From contig NC_043000.1 of assembly GCF_006345805.1 (NCBI RefSeq), positions 97,402,001 to 97,466,000 on the forward strand: a stretch of DNA of 64,000 bases, given 5' to 3'. The stretch comes from Octopus sinensis (Eukaryota). A program made the position numbers and the translations under genes. Shown here piece after piece: positions 1-13,186 of this stretch (the stretch's first letter is position 1; each line of letters starts with the position of its first letter). A model generated the notes under the pieces. It saw nothing but the letters and a program-made list of their open reading frames with translations, did not search any database and was not told where the DNA came from.

Positions 1-956
1 GTTATGGATTCTACATAGTACAACCTCATCTTTTTCCACTCTACAACAGTCATCGCAATCAAAATGAATATGCGAAATAAATAAAGAAGTTTAAATTACT
101 ACAACCGCGAATTGAAAATAACTCTTGGTGTTCATAGACACTTAGCAAAAATATGTTTTCAACAACATTACCTACAAAGTATCCATAGCTTACGTTTTTT
201 TTTTGTATATATTTATATATTTTGTTTATGAGAGGAAACTGAAGTTTCCTTTATCAATCTCGAATTTAGGGTGTACTTCTGTGAGATTTGAGTAATATTG
301 AATTGTCTCCTTTACAGAAAATGAAAGATATATTAGCCATTGATAATGTTTATTTTCTTCTTTCTGCAAGAAACACAATCTTTTGTATGTGCAAAAACAC
401 ACACACACACGCACACACATACACATATTCATTTCTACTTCTGCAAATATGGTGAAGTCTATGCTTATCTAATGAAACCAAAATAATACCGAAAAATGTA
501 TGGTATTGTTATATACAGTGTGTGTGTGTTGTTTTGTACGTATCTGAATATATGTACATGTGTGTCCACTTGATTTAAGAACTAATGTAGATGACGTCGT
601 TTTGGTTGACACAGCTGTACAGCTCAAGGCAGAGCATGAAACTCGCAGGCGATGTTACATTTTTCTCTATCTTGTATATTAGATGCACGCATACATGCAC
701 ACTCAGTACACACACACACACACATACACATACACACATATATATATATATATATACATATATACGTGTGTGTGTGTGCGTGCGTGTCTGAGTACGTGCG
801 TGCGTGCTCAGAGAGATGCAGATAAGCATAATTAGTCTTGATATACAAAGATTTCGGAGTTGCAGTTTAAAATTATTTGAACACTACTACGCGTTTTCTA
901 TACTGAGCATTTTCAACTCCCGCTCAGATTTATAGAAAAACAAAGACGAAGACAGG

Positions 957-988
<32 letters not shown>

Positions 989-1043
989 GATAGATCGTTA
1001 GCCACTACACACATTTTTTTCTCTCCTTGTTTTTTCTGTGTCC

Positions 1044-1079
1044 CTTTCTGTAGAAGAGCGTAGGCTCGAAACGTAAAAG
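1044..1079 (+). ncRNA. Minimal type-I hammerhead-like motif, core variant CUGUAGA(A)
   Basis: CUUU-CUGUAGAA-GAGC/GUAG/GCUC-GAAAC-GUA-AAAG: stem I 4 bp, stem II 4 bp, loopless stem III (ACGU). Confidence 0.6.
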
Positions 1080-1178
1080 ACTTTTTCTATTCCTGACCGT
1101 TATACTAATACATCTGTTGTTTTGTACACCACCCGTCTTTGTCTTTTGTTTTTTTCCGTAAACTCTCCCTATATATAT

Positions 1179-1212
<34 letters not shown>

Positions 1213-1285
1213 GGGAGAGTTTACGGAAAAAAAAACAAAGGACAAAGACGGGTGTATTAGTATAACGGTCAGGAATAGAAAAAGT

Positions 1286-1321
1286 CTTTTACGTTTCGAG
1301 CCTACGCTCTTCTACAGAAAG
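1286..1321 (-). ncRNA. Minimal hammerhead-like motif (inverted copy of 1044-1079)
   Basis: Exact reverse complement of 1044-1079. Confidence 0.6.
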
Positions 1322-1375
1322 GGACACAGAAAAAACAAGGAGAGAAAAAATGTGTGTAGTGGCTAACGATCTATC

Positions 1376-1407
<32 letters not shown>

Positions 1408-1433
1408 ATTGTCTGAGATTTTGGTGTAATTTG

Positions 1434-2770
1434 AGAGGATAATACAAAAGTTATGGATGATTTAGTGATTTACTGCAAAACCCATGGCGGCCAAAATGAT
1501 CAGAACGGTTGAGAAAATAACAAAATAATAAAAAATGACAGAGAATACTGGAATTATTTAATATTTAGTGTGAAGCCCTTTAGCTTCAATCACACTCTGA
1601 CATCTTCGACTGCATGAGGAAATTAAATTTTCAATTTCTTGCTGGGTGATCTTATTCCATTCTTCCTGAAGGGCATTCCATAATTGCTCAGTTGTTTTAG
1701 GATTTCTGGCTTTCGAACGTTCTCCTAGAATATTCCATACATTTTCAATAGGATTGAGATCTGGGCTTTGAGCAGGCTAATCCATAACAATAACCTTTTC
1801 AACCTTGAGGAAGTTCATGACCACCTTAGCCTTGTGACATGGGGCATTGTCCTGCATGAATATGGGTGGTCGCTTAGTTGAATTTCTCAGCACAGGCAAG
1901 ACATGATCTTTTACATGTTATTTATAAACTCCTGCATTTACCTTTCCATGTAATCGCACCAAAGGGCCCACACCATCTCCAGATATCATCCCCCAAACCA
2001 TGACACTTCCTCCACCGAATTTAACACTAGTCTTAAGGCATTTAGGCGACAATTTTTCACCTACTTTTCTACGAACGTACCTTTCCCATCTGAGCCAAAT
2101 AACATAAACATAGATTCATCACTGAAATGCACCGTTTGCCATTTTTCTTGAAACTACCACACGTGTTCGGTTGCAAAGGTGAGACGACACTTTTTTATTC
2201 TTGGAGCTGATCAGTGGCTTCACTGCAGGTGCTCTTGCTTGTAGGTCATGTTCAACTAAACGACGAGACACAGTTTTTCGAGATAAAGTTTTCTTCAATA
2301 CAATGCTCATTTTCCGAGAAACAGCAGCAGCAGTTTTAAATCTGTCCTTTTTAACCAACTTTACCATAACACGATCTTCTCTCTTGGTCGTTTTTCCTGG
2401 CCTACCTGTAAACTTTCTTACTTCACACGAACCACAATCATCGTAGACCTTAAGAATACCGTGTACAACACTTTTTGACTTGTTAACAATCTTTGCAATA
2501 GATCCAATACTTAAATTATCCTTCCTTCGAAGCTTAATAATTTGCTGACGAATTGGTAACGGAGTAAGTGGCATTATATTAACAAAGTACACTGCATATA
2601 TTCTTACTAATGTTTAGTAAACGAACCGTCACGTAAACAAATTCAAAACATTAGAGTTCGCCGGTTAAATATACTAAAACACGGAGTAAAAGCAACCGTT
2701 CTGATAATTTTGGCCGCCATGGGTTTTGCAGTAAATCACTAAATCATCCATAACTTTTGTATTATCCTCT
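1434..2770 (-). mobile_element. Tc1-family DNA transposon, full length and inactive, 78-bp terminal inverted repeats
   Basis: TIRs at 1434-1511 and 2693-2770 differ by one base and enclose a transposase reading frame. Confidence 0.95.
1558..2574 (-). pseudogene. Tc1 transposase pseudogene (DD34E)
   Basis: N-terminal HTH with GRP motif (TGRPGKTT), then FSDES, QDNAPCH and SPDLNPIEN with 34 residues between the second D and E. There is a frameshift near 2190 and a TAG in place of the conserved W of WPAQSPDL. Ends LHTKY-stop at 1558. Confidence 0.95.
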
Positions 2771-3012
2771 GCCAATCTGCTTTCTATATATATATATATC
2801 GTCTGTCTGTATAAATTTGTATATGGATGCTTGCACGCACGCGTGTATGTATGTAGGAATGCAACACTACGTAGATTTGTGAATGAAAACATATGGAAAA
2901 TTGCAGCTTCGTGTTTCTTCCATCGACATTATTAATGTGTTGGAAATTAGAATTGAATTAGAATTAATACTTGAACATTATTTAGCTTTTTACATTTTGT
3001 TGCTCAGTACGA

Positions 3013-3182
3013 CAGGCGTGGCTTGTGATAAGACGTTTGCTTCCCAACCGTATGGGTTCCGTCCCACGGCGTGACATCATGGGCAACTGTCTTCTACTAT
3101 AGCCTCGGGCCGACCAAAGCCTTGTGAGTGAAAGAAGCCCGTCGTATTTATATCTATGTGTGCGTGTGAAAGAAGCCTGTCG

Positions 3183-3252
<70 letters not shown>

Positions 3253-3484
3253 TGTGTCTGTGTGTGTGAATCCGTGCGTGTCTTAGTTTCTGTGTTGTCC
3301 CACACCACCGCATGACAACCAGTGTTGGTGTATTTACGTCCCCGTAACTTAGTGGTTCGGTGAAAGAGTTCGATAGAATAAGTACCAGGCTTTAAAAAAA
3401 TAAGTACTGTGGTCGATTCATTCGACTAAATTTCTTCAGCTTGACCGCAGTCTAATGACTGAAAGAAGCAAAAGATAGAGATAA
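3013..3484 (+). mobile_element. tRNA-derived SINE, family A (octopus OR-type)
   Basis: tRNA-like head, tatagcctcgggccgaccaaagcc body, internal (TA)(TG) tract, cagtc-taat-gactg tail. Many paralogues in the window. Confidence 0.85.
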
Positions 3485-3504
3485 ACGATATGTGTGTGTG
3501 TATA

Positions 3505-3712
3505 CGAGGGGGTGTTGAAAAGCTCTTAGCTCTAAGAGTATCGTGAAAGTCTTTGTAAGAGGCCCAATTTTCCGAGACCTTTTAAAGGCTTTAGAAAAGT
3601 TGAAAGACTGCTGCAGTAAGTGTGTGAAGAGGGAAGTATGTTGAATAAAATCATAACTGAACCTCCAGTACTTTTTTTTTACCCAAAGCCAGGAACTTTT
3701 CAGCACCCCTCA
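3505..3712 (+). mobile_element. Mariner deletion derivative (MITE)
   Basis: TA-flanked TIRs cgagggggtgttgaaaag and cttttcagcacccctca. Retains a transposase C-terminal relic (KCV...YVE-stop). Confidence 0.75.
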
Positions 3713-3745
3713 TATGAATGGATGGATAGATGGATGGATGGATGA

Positions 3746-3779
<34 letters not shown>

Positions 3780-6354
3780 GAAGACATGACATCCAGTTGT
3801 GACATTTGTCAGAAACACAGAAATAAATAAATGAAACGTCTTTCAAAGCAGAATATAATGTAGCATGCTGAGATGAGTGGTCGTAGCACGGCAGCAATTA
3901 TTTAAATATTTTCTCTCAATCGTAAATAGACTACAGTTTAAAATGCTTACAGGTCAAACCAACCAATTATATCGTTTCATACCGACAGCTTTAAGACTAG
4001 TTAAAGTATATAGTAAGTACGAGGATTATAGCTATGAAGCTTGACATGCCACCAATCACTATCAGTGATATGATAATGAACTGCAATTTTCTGGGCGCAA
4101 TGCAAAGCCATATTCTCTTTCTCGTGTGAGAAAAGAAAAAACATCTGATTTCGACACTACATAAACTACTAAATTGTTTACCAGCTGCTAACATTCATGT
4201 ATGGAACTCCGTCGTTCGACCATGAGGATTCAGTTGTTCAGTCAATTGAATTATCTGCTCTTGGCTGAGCATTTAACAGATACCTGTACTCTTAACGTAA
4301 TTCAGAGACAACCGCCGTGCCATAAATGCGACAAGGTTGTGTGATTTGAATAACGTGTACAATCGACCCGACGGGCATATGTACTGTTTCTATCTACCCA
4401 ATTTCAATCACATGGTATGAGTAGACTTGAGGTTATAGAAAATTACCATTTGGCTGATATAACATGTGATGGGGTTGAATACGTGAACTCGTAGTTACAA
4501 TGCAAACTTCTTGACTATTTGGTCATACTGCGCCAATACCAACACACATAGTATAGTAAATAAAAATTCAATTCATAAAAATTACATTATGAATTGAGCT
4601 CGGCTCCACGACAGTTGTTCAGATCTGGTAATGGGAAGGAGGCGACAATTTCGAAATGTTTGCTACTTAAATTTTCATTTATATTTAGGAAAGTGAACAG
4701 TTCTTAAATGATTAATGTTAATAAAATTTGGTCAAAGTAAAGTGAGAGAACTCCGAAATTTTAATGAATTAAAATCTGAACAACGCCTACAGTAATTAGA
4801 ATATCGCAGGAAAAGTCGCAAGACGGATTTTTCAAGCCGAATCCAGATCGAAAGTGCACTGACGGTTGCTTCTGATAGGAATCCAAATTTGGTAATATTG
4901 ATTTATTTTTTCCTTTGACACAAAGGCAAATATTTCAAAGAAATCCGAAGATATAGAAGAAGGTTGACAAAAATTAACCAACTTTAATGCTAGGAATATA
5001 ATTCAAGCAAATCCCGAAACCTGGTATTCGGTGATGTGAAACAAGCTTTTTCAAAATATATCTATTGTGCTGTTTCAATAATATATTGTTATTCAATGGT
5101 AGTGGAGCGTAGGCTATTATAAAAGATAATGTTATTTCTAAGCCCACTCATAGCCGTACAACTGCCGACACCATCACATCATTTCATTGCTACATAAATA
5201 ATACTTCTCTACCATTTCACTCACATTACAACTACCACCGCTATCACCACAATGACTACTTACGTCATTGCCACCAAAAGAGCCTTTATGGTGTTGCTCG
5301 ACCTACCAGAAGCAGTAGCCATGCCCCGCCGCCCCGATCATACCCATCCAAAAAAATAGGACATGTAGCATAATGTGGTGGTATTGGATTCCCTGAGAAT
5401 CGGAAAAGATGGGATTGTCACGACTGGAATGGCAGTGGGATAAATAACTTCATCTCTTCATCAACCACACCCTATTCATATCACAATCCTCATCACCACC
5501 ACCACTACCAGTTTTGATCACATCTGTTTAATCATGGTGGACCCTGGTGGACCCTTCACAACAAAGGTGGTAACTACTATTACACCTACCGTCAAAGACA
5601 CATTATCACTGGACTAACAGAATCGTTAAAGCCTCGGACTTATATACCATCTTTACCAGATTCCTTAGGCTTCCAAGTGACGTCATGTGGGATGGTAATA
5701 TCTCTATTACACTGTTTCACAGCTGGCATTGATATGACTAATATCTTCAGTTTTGGTTTTGAATAGTCTGCATTTGTCAAAAGATGGCATTTTTCGTTGT
5801 GGGTATTCTGATTAGTATTCTCACTGAAAGCAGTATTCTGGAATGATCTTAGCTGCAATGGCGAAAACAGAGTAAAGAACTACAGAACATCTGCAACTAT
5901 ATATAATTGCACGAACGTACACACACAACACACACCACACACAACGAAACAAACAGATCTAGTTGCGACGTTATCAACGAATGCCCGAACAGCTACACAG
6001 TCAAGGGGTATGAAGGAAGGAAGGAAGGAAGCAAGCAAGGAAGCAAGGAAGCAAGCAAGGAAGGAAGCAAGGAAGGAAGGAAGGAAGGAAGGAAATATTT
6101 AGGACTACATTACCCAAAGCTTTTCTTGTTCAAGATGGTAACGTGTGATTTGAGAGAGAAGCTTTCCAAATTATTTTTAACCAGCAGATGGACAACATAA
6201 AGACTCATTATTGACTCGATAACGTAAAGATTCCTTATTAACACTATAGTCTCCTTCAGGGTGGTATTAGCCCTTCGTTGCATTTTAATTGCTAGGAAAG
6301 GTATTTGATATGAATTTTTATGATTCAAGGTCGTTAGTCGTACGTTTATAAGAT

Positions 6355-6560
6355 GATTGCTGATACAGAATCGTTAGAGCGTCAGAAAAATACTTTGTGG
6401 CATTCGTTTCGTCTTTTTAAGTTCTGAGTTCAAATCCAACAGAGGTCAACTTGACTTTTTGGCTTTTTGGGGTCGATAAAATAAAGTACCAGTCTAGTAC
6501 CGGAGTTGGAATTATGGTATCGATTGTTTCTCTTTCCCTCAAAGTTGCTGGCCTGGTGCC
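6355..6560 (+). mobile_element. SINE family B (MetaSINE-like core), degraded
   Basis: gagttcaaatcc B-box followed by tttggggtcgataaaataaagtaccag. Confidence 0.6.
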
Positions 6561-6772
6561 TGGCTGAGAGTCTCAATTCATCTGTCGCTACCACAATTAC
6601 AAGTCAACGCAGAAGCTTCTTTCTGGTAATTGCAATGCTAAAAATAGCTGCCAAATCTCCTTAAAATCATCCGCTAGATAGTATATTTCTGGACAATTCT
6701 AAAAAGACAGCACGGTTCTGACTGAAATGTCTTTAATCATGGGTGAGCTCCGACAGAACTAACCCAGAGATA

Positions 6773-6775
<3 letters not shown>

Positions 6776-6847
<72 letters not shown>
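6776..6847. repeat. Perfect (ACT)12(AGT)12 palindromic microsatellite
   Basis: Read directly from the sequence; centre at 6811/6812. Confidence 0.95.
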
Positions 6848-6848
<1 letters not shown>

Positions 6849-7211
6849 TATTCCTGAAGATACAGAAGGCTAACGTGCAGGTTACGGTCGTAAAAAGTGA
6901 GAGTAAATTATCCTAAAATGTAAAAGTGAACTGTTTTAAAAAGTGAAAGTAAATTGCAATAGAAACCGAAAGTGACGACACTTACATTCCTAAATTTCAT
7001 AAAACGAGCGTAAAGAACTCCTTTATTTCGCCACGCCCACAGGCATCTCTATGTATAGTACCTTCGAGTGATATGTTAAGTACTTCAGAAGTAACAGCTG
7101 AGGTACACTGTTCCAATGTACAATCCACAGCAACGAACACCGCTGGTGCGTGTGATTGTGTTCATCTTATATAAAATACATGTGCGGTTTTCATGTTATA
7201 TTAAATATATA

Positions 7212-7592
7212 GGCGCAGGCGTGGCTGTGTGTTAAGACGCTTGCTTCCTAACCACATGGTTCGGGTTCAGTCCCACTGTTATAGCCTCGGGCCGACTAAA
7301 GCCTTGTGAGTAAACGAAAACTGAAAGAATCCCGTCGTATATGTATGTGTGCGTGTGTGTGTCTTTGTGTCTGTGTTTGTCCCCCATCACCAACACGTCC
7401 AACTCTTGACAACTGGTATTGGTGTATTTACATCCTCGTACGTTAGCGGTTCGGCAAAAGAGACGGTAAAATAAGTTCCAGACTTTAAAAAAGAAGTACT
7501 TGGGTCGATGCATTTTACTAAAATTTTCTCAAGACCCAGCATGCCTCAGCATGGCTGCAGTCCAATGAATGAAACTAGTAAAAGATAAAAGA
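7212..7592 (+). mobile_element. SINE family A (in duplicate unit 1)
   Basis: ggcgcaggcgtggctgtgtg head; tail ...gaaactagtaaaagataaaaga. Confidence 0.85.
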
Positions 7593-8487
7593 TATGTACG
7601 TTCTAGCCATTGGGTATATTACATACATTTTTACACAAAATTAAGGGATGTCACTGTCATCACTTCTGGTTTCTATCGAAATTTACTTTCATTATTTTTA
7701 GGACAATTTACTTTCACTTCTTTATGTCCATAAACTGTATGTTAACCAAGAAGGGAGTATTGTTGTTTGACCCCATTTAAACCTTATCGAACAGACGTAT
7801 TGATCAAAGCAGTTCCAGCCTTGACTATCTGGTGTTTTGTTAGCCTATGTATGTGTGTGTACGTGTATTGAACCCTTTTAAAGAGAGTTGGGTGTGATTT
7901 GAGGGAGATTTTGGCTGTTGTGTCTAGTAGGTAAAATGACCATGTAGAGGCACCTAAATAATATGGCTAGGGTATGTAATCCCTTCGGAAATTGTGCTTC
8001 TGTTAGTATGTCTTAGATTATTCCTCTTCATCATCATAAGGGACAGCAGCCACAACAGCAGCAGCAGTAGTAGCAGTAGTAGTAGTAGTAGTAGTAGTAG
8101 TTAGTAGTAGTAGTAGTAGTAGTATATTCCTGAAGATACAGAAGGCTAACGTGCAGGTTACGGTCGTAAAAAGTGAGAGTAAATTATCCTAAAATGTAAA
8201 AGTGAACTGTTTTAAAAAGTGAAAGTAAATTGCAATAGAAACCGAAAGTGACGACACTTACATTCCTAAATTTCATAAAACGAGCGTAAAGAACTCCTTT
8301 ATTTCGCCACGCCCACAGGCATCTCTATGTATAGTACCTTCGAGTGATATGTTAAGTACTTCAGAAGTAACAGCTGAGGTACACTGTTCCAATGTACAAT
8401 CCACAGCAACGAACACCGCTGGTGCGTGTGATTGTGTTCATCTTATATAAAATACATGTGCGGTTTTCATGTTATATTAAATATATA

Positions 8488-8868
8488 GGCGCAGGCGTGG
8501 CTGTGTGTTAAGACGCTTGCTTCCTAACCACATGGTTCGGGTTCAGTCCCACTGTTATAGCCTCGGGCCGACTAAAGCCTTGTGAGTAAACGAAAACTGA
8601 AAGAATCCCGTCGTATATGTATGTGTGCGTGTGTGTGTCTTTGTGTCTGTGTTTGTCCCCCATCACCAACACGTCCAACTCTTGACAACTGATATTGGTG
8701 TATTTACATCCTCGTACGTTAGCGGTTCGGCAAAAGAGACGGTAAAATAAGTTCCAGACTTTAAAAAAGAAGTACTTGGGTCGATGCATTTTACTAAAAT
8801 TTTCTCAAGACCCAGCATGCCTCAGCATGGCTGCAGTCCAATGAATGAAACTAGTAAAAGATAAAAGA
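8488..8868 (+). mobile_element. SINE family A (in duplicate unit 2)
   Basis: Copy of 7212-7592. Confidence 0.85.
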
Positions 8869-9350
8869 TATGTACGTTCTAGCCATTGGGTATATTACAT
8901 ACATTTTTACACAAAATTAAGGGATGTCACTGTCATCACTTCTGGTTTCTATCGAAATTTACTTTCATTATTTTTAGGACAATTTACTTTCACTTCTTTA
9001 TGTCCATAAACTGTATGTTAACCAAGAAGGGAGTATTGTTGTTTGACCCCATTTAAACCTTATCGAACAGACGTATTGATCAAAGCAGTTCCAGCCTTGA
9101 CTATCTGGTGTTTTGTTAGCCTATGTATGTGTGTGTACGTGTATTGAACCCTTTTAAAGAGAGTTGGGTGTGATTTGAGGGAGATTTTGACTGTTGTGTC
9201 TAGTAGGTAAAATGACCATGTAGAGGCACCTAAATAATATGGCTAGGGTATGTAATCCCTTCGGAAATTGTGCTTCTGTTAGTATGTCTTAGATTATTCC
9301 TCTTCATCATCATAAGGGACAGCAGCCACAACAGCAGCAGCAGTAGTAGC

Positions 9351-9422
<72 letters not shown>

Positions 9423-9747
9423 CGCTCTTGTAGTGTGTGTGATTGACATTCTCCTTTCCCCAACCTTGTAATCTTTAGCACAGCCATAACCAATTACGAC
9501 GATAACAGCAATTATAACAACAAATTCAAGTGTGGGAGGGAATTATTTTTGTTTGTGCTGTTTGTAAAATATGTATATGTAAATATGCATGTGTATATGT
9601 GTGCTTATAAATATAATGCAATCAGCGGGAGGTATTTAATATAACGAACTATTCCACAATCACAGGTTCCTTTTAAAATACGAGGCGATAGCAGTCACAC
9701 TACAGCAGTAACAACAACAATAATAATAATAATTATTATTATTATTA

Positions 9748-9788
<41 letters not shown>

Positions 9789-9966
9789 TTATTATTATTA
9801 TTAATGAACACACACATAGTACAACGCAGCACTCTCGTCAAAGTGGGTGGTAAAGTTGTATCTATGTAATTTGCGATATCACTAAAATGAATATAATAAA
9901 TAACATGGGATTTATCTTTTTAGATATTTACCCTCCTTATCAATTCTCTCTCTTCTGTTCTCCTTC

Positions 9967-10030
<64 letters not shown>

Positions 10031-10213
10031 CCCGTAGCCGTATATACTTTTGCTTTCTTCTTCTTTTTTTTTAAAGTGGTAGGAGAATATACTTGCTTTT
10101 TCAAAGTGAAACTTTGAATTGCTCCGAAAGGTTATTGTTATTTAACCCTGAATTAAGTCTGATCGGGTAAATAGACCTATTATAAGGCCGTTACAGGCCA
10201 AGATCATCTGGTC

Positions 10214-10473
10214 CTGTGGCTCTCAACCATTTTCTAGCCTATGGACCCCTTTGATTACTATTTTCCTCAACTGAACTCCCATAGCTTTTCGGTGTTTAGA
10301 AGACCCTATCGTATTTTAATGATTAAATATTAATAAAAATTGTATAACAAAAGAAAACAAACTTAAAATATTTTGTGTATTGTAGACATATAACCTAATC
10401 TATTGTACATAAATTTTAATAAAATCTTATATAGACCCCGAAGGGTCATATGGACCCCAGATGAAAACCCCTG
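10214..10473 (+). mobile_element. hAT (Charlie-type) MITE
   Basis: Degenerate termini ctgtggctctcaacc and gatgaaaacccctg. 8-bp target-site duplication atctggtc/atctagtc (7/8 match). Repeated tggacccc subterminal motifs. Confidence 0.7.
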
Positions 10474-10559
10474 ATCTAGTCTTTTGTCTTTCTTTTCTCT
10501 TTTTTCTTTTCTATTCATTCAGACATTGGATATGATAGGAAATTGTGTACCATTTCTCC

Positions 10560-10820
10560 GTTTTTTCCGTCTTTGTTTTCGTATACGTTCGCTTGCTTTC
10601 TTCCAAGAAGTCTAGTGCTTAGATTTTCTTGGGGCCGGCCAGATTGGAGCAGTCTCGAGTGTAACCGGCCGAAACTGCAAAGATGATCTGGAATTCGACT
10701 AAGGATAGGAAGCTCCGAATGACCCGTCCTTGTTTTTCCTGTCCTTTTTTGTATCGCCTAACTGACCGGATGTTTTGTTTATGCCTGTTACGTTTTTGTT
10801 CCATTTTTTGTTTTCTTTAT
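10560..10820 (+). mobile_element. Penelope-like terminal-repeat fragment (degenerate)
   Basis: ggccgg...ccggccgaaac stem plus GAAAC, then a T-rich tail ending at (TA)n. No intact CUGANGA. Confidence 0.4.
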
Positions 10821-10824
10821 ATAC

Positions 10825-10861
<37 letters not shown>

Positions 10862-10871
10862 CATACACACA

Positions 10872-10924
<53 letters not shown>

Positions 10925-11150
10925 GTTAATCCAAACAAGAAAACACAAAAAAAAACACAACAACGCGAGGACGTGGAACAAATAAATTATTATTGGACCC
11001 TCAGGAAAGAAGGGAAGAAGGAGGGTTTAACGTATCGAGCAGAGCTCTTCGTCGGAAACATAGGAGAAGGAAAGATCCCGAGAAGGGAAGACAGAGGAAA
11101 AAAATCGCTAGCGGTACTCACGAGGTCACATATTGAAAGACGGAAGTAGA
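10925..11150 (-). mobile_element. Penelope-like terminal-repeat fragment with decayed hammerhead motif (11025-11059)
   Basis: Minus strand reads GUUU-CCGACGAA-GAGC/UCU/GCUC-GAUAC-GUU-AAAC; two core substitutions. Abuts (TA)n. Confidence 0.6.
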
Positions 11151-11519
11151 AAGGTGGAAGAATAATGTTTTTAAAGACAGGAGAGTTTTCAAAGACAGTA
11201 TGGTAAAGACAAGGAAAGTAAGAGGGGGAATGTGTGTGGATGTGTGCGTGCGCAGAGGTCTGCGTGTGCACGTGTGTGTGTATGTGTGTATGTATGTATG
11301 TATGTGTGTGTATGTATGTATGTATGTATGTATGTATGTATGTATGTATGTATGTATGTATGTGTGTGTACGTATGTATGTGTGTGTGAATGTATGCGTG
11401 TGTGTGTGAGCACAAATACAAAGATAACAGAAACATATATATATATACGTACAAATACAAAGATACACAAACATTTATATACGCACACACATATATAAAT
11501 ATGTACGCACACGCATATG

Positions 11520-11672
11520 TACGACGGGATTATTTCAGTTTTCGTCTACTAAATCCACTTACAAGACTTTGGTCGACCCGATGTTATTGTGGAAGACACT
11601 TGCCCAAGATGCTACGCATTGGGACTGGACCAGAGACCATGTGGTTGTAAATAAAACTTCTTAGCACACAGA
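11520..11672 (-). mobile_element. SINE family A, 5' half
   Basis: Reverse complement of the family A head and body. Confidence 0.75.
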
Positions 11673-11713
11673 CATTTTTGTTTTAACATTCGCATTTTCT
11701 TGTGTCCTAGTAC

Positions 11714-12026
11714 TGACACTCCGTCGGTTACGACGACGAGTGTTCCAGTTGATCCGATCAACCTGCATGAAAATTAACGTGAACGTGGCTGAGTACTCCA
11801 CAGACACATGTACCCTTCATATAGTTTTCAGTGAGATTCAGCGTCACACAGAATGTGACAAGGCTGGCCCTTTGAAATACAGATACATATCATTTTTGCC
11901 AGCTGAATGTACTAGAAAAACGTGAAATAAAGTGTCTTGGTCTAAGACACAACTCGCTGCAAGGGATCGAACTCACGAAATTACGATCGTAAGCCAAAAC
12001 TCTAACCACTAAGCCTCGTGCCTTCA
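11714..12026 (-). mobile_element. tRNA-derived SINE, family C
   Basis: Head tgaaggcacgaggcttagtggttagag; tail ctcgtcgtcgtaaccgacggagtg. Paralogous to 60062-60892. Confidence 0.8.
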
Positions 12027-12560
12027 ATGCGCGCCTTTCCCGTGTATTTTGTATGTATATCCCATGATGTATATTACATTACAAACTGATAAATAGCAGA
12101 CCTTGTCCCCTCCCCATCCACAAAAATATAATGAAATTTGTTGCCATTTTCCCCTTCTTTATTCATGAGAAAACAAAGAATCTGCTTCCTTATAATTCTT
12201 CCTCCTTCAGCATGATGTAAAAGTTTAAACATTTTAAACGATTTTTATTTTATTTAACATGTCAATTTGTCCGCCTTTATATCAATTCTCACAAGAAGTA
12301 CAGCTGTAAAGCGTTAAGTACTCAGCAAAATATATCGAAAGATACATTTTGCTCTGAACATTCGTTTAAGTCAATTTATCTCTAAGCAAACCCATTTCTA
12401 TTATAGGTATTGCATTGGAGTGTGATATGTTGGAATATAACGATATGTTTTAAAAAATGAGCTCTTAAAATTCAGTAGATATAGCTTTATAGTGCTTAAG
12501 CATTAATCCAAAACACACAGGCACACACACCCACGCACACACACACACACACATACAGAC

Positions 12561-12642
<82 letters not shown>

Positions 12643-12793
12643 GTGTGTGTGTGCGTGTGTGTGTTTGTGTGTGTGTGTGAAATCAAGGTGCAGAGATGGC
12701 GTACTCCGAATGAATAAGGTAATGTAATCCGATGATAGAAAGAATTCTGCAAATTAAGTACTCCAAAACCAGTCGGACGCACTATTTAATGTA

Positions 12794-13065
12794 CACTCAA
12801 TACAAAAATTAGAGCTTCTAGTAGTTTCTTGCCATTGAGACACGTGATTAGGTAGATCTTTATAACGTTCCTTGTATTTCCAAGCAATATTCAAGGCTAT
12901 GGGCACATTGTTTGTTCTATTTGAAAAACAACACTAAGAACAAATCCTATTTTTCTATTTTTCAGAGAAATGATTGCTTAGAGACGCAAGACATGTTATA
13001 AAAATCTGCCTAACCACGTGTCTCAACGGCAAGAAAGTATTCGTAACACTTATTTTAATACAGTG
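12794..13065. mobile_element. Tc1/mariner-type MITE with long imperfect TIRs
   Basis: TA|CACT...AGTG|TA ends. ttcttgccattgagacacgtgattaggtagat pairs with atctgcctaaccacgtgtctcaacggcaagaa. Confidence 0.75.
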
Positions 13066-13186
13066 TACTTTAAACGATATTTATCTCACATGAGATGGAA
13101 TACTTTTTTCGTTGATCCTAGCTTAACAGAACTGTGAACAAGTTTTCTGTTTTCTTTTATTCTCTCTTATTTCATTTTCTCTTATT

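Larger units (their letters stand above)
957..1407. repeat. ~450-bp near-perfect palindrome made of two inverted Penelope-like terminal-repeat fragments around a (TA)n centre
   Basis: 988-1170 is the reverse complement of 1212-~1376, apart from a ~19-bp deletion in the right arm. (TA)n lies at 1171-1211 and on both flanks. The outer aacaaca (957-963) and tgttgtt (1401-1407) also pair. Confidence 0.9.
6849..9422 (+). repeat. Tandem duplication, period 1,276 bp, bounded by (TAG)n tracts
   Basis: 6849-8124 is repeated from 8125. Only two substitutions were seen outside the microsatellites. Confidence 0.95.
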
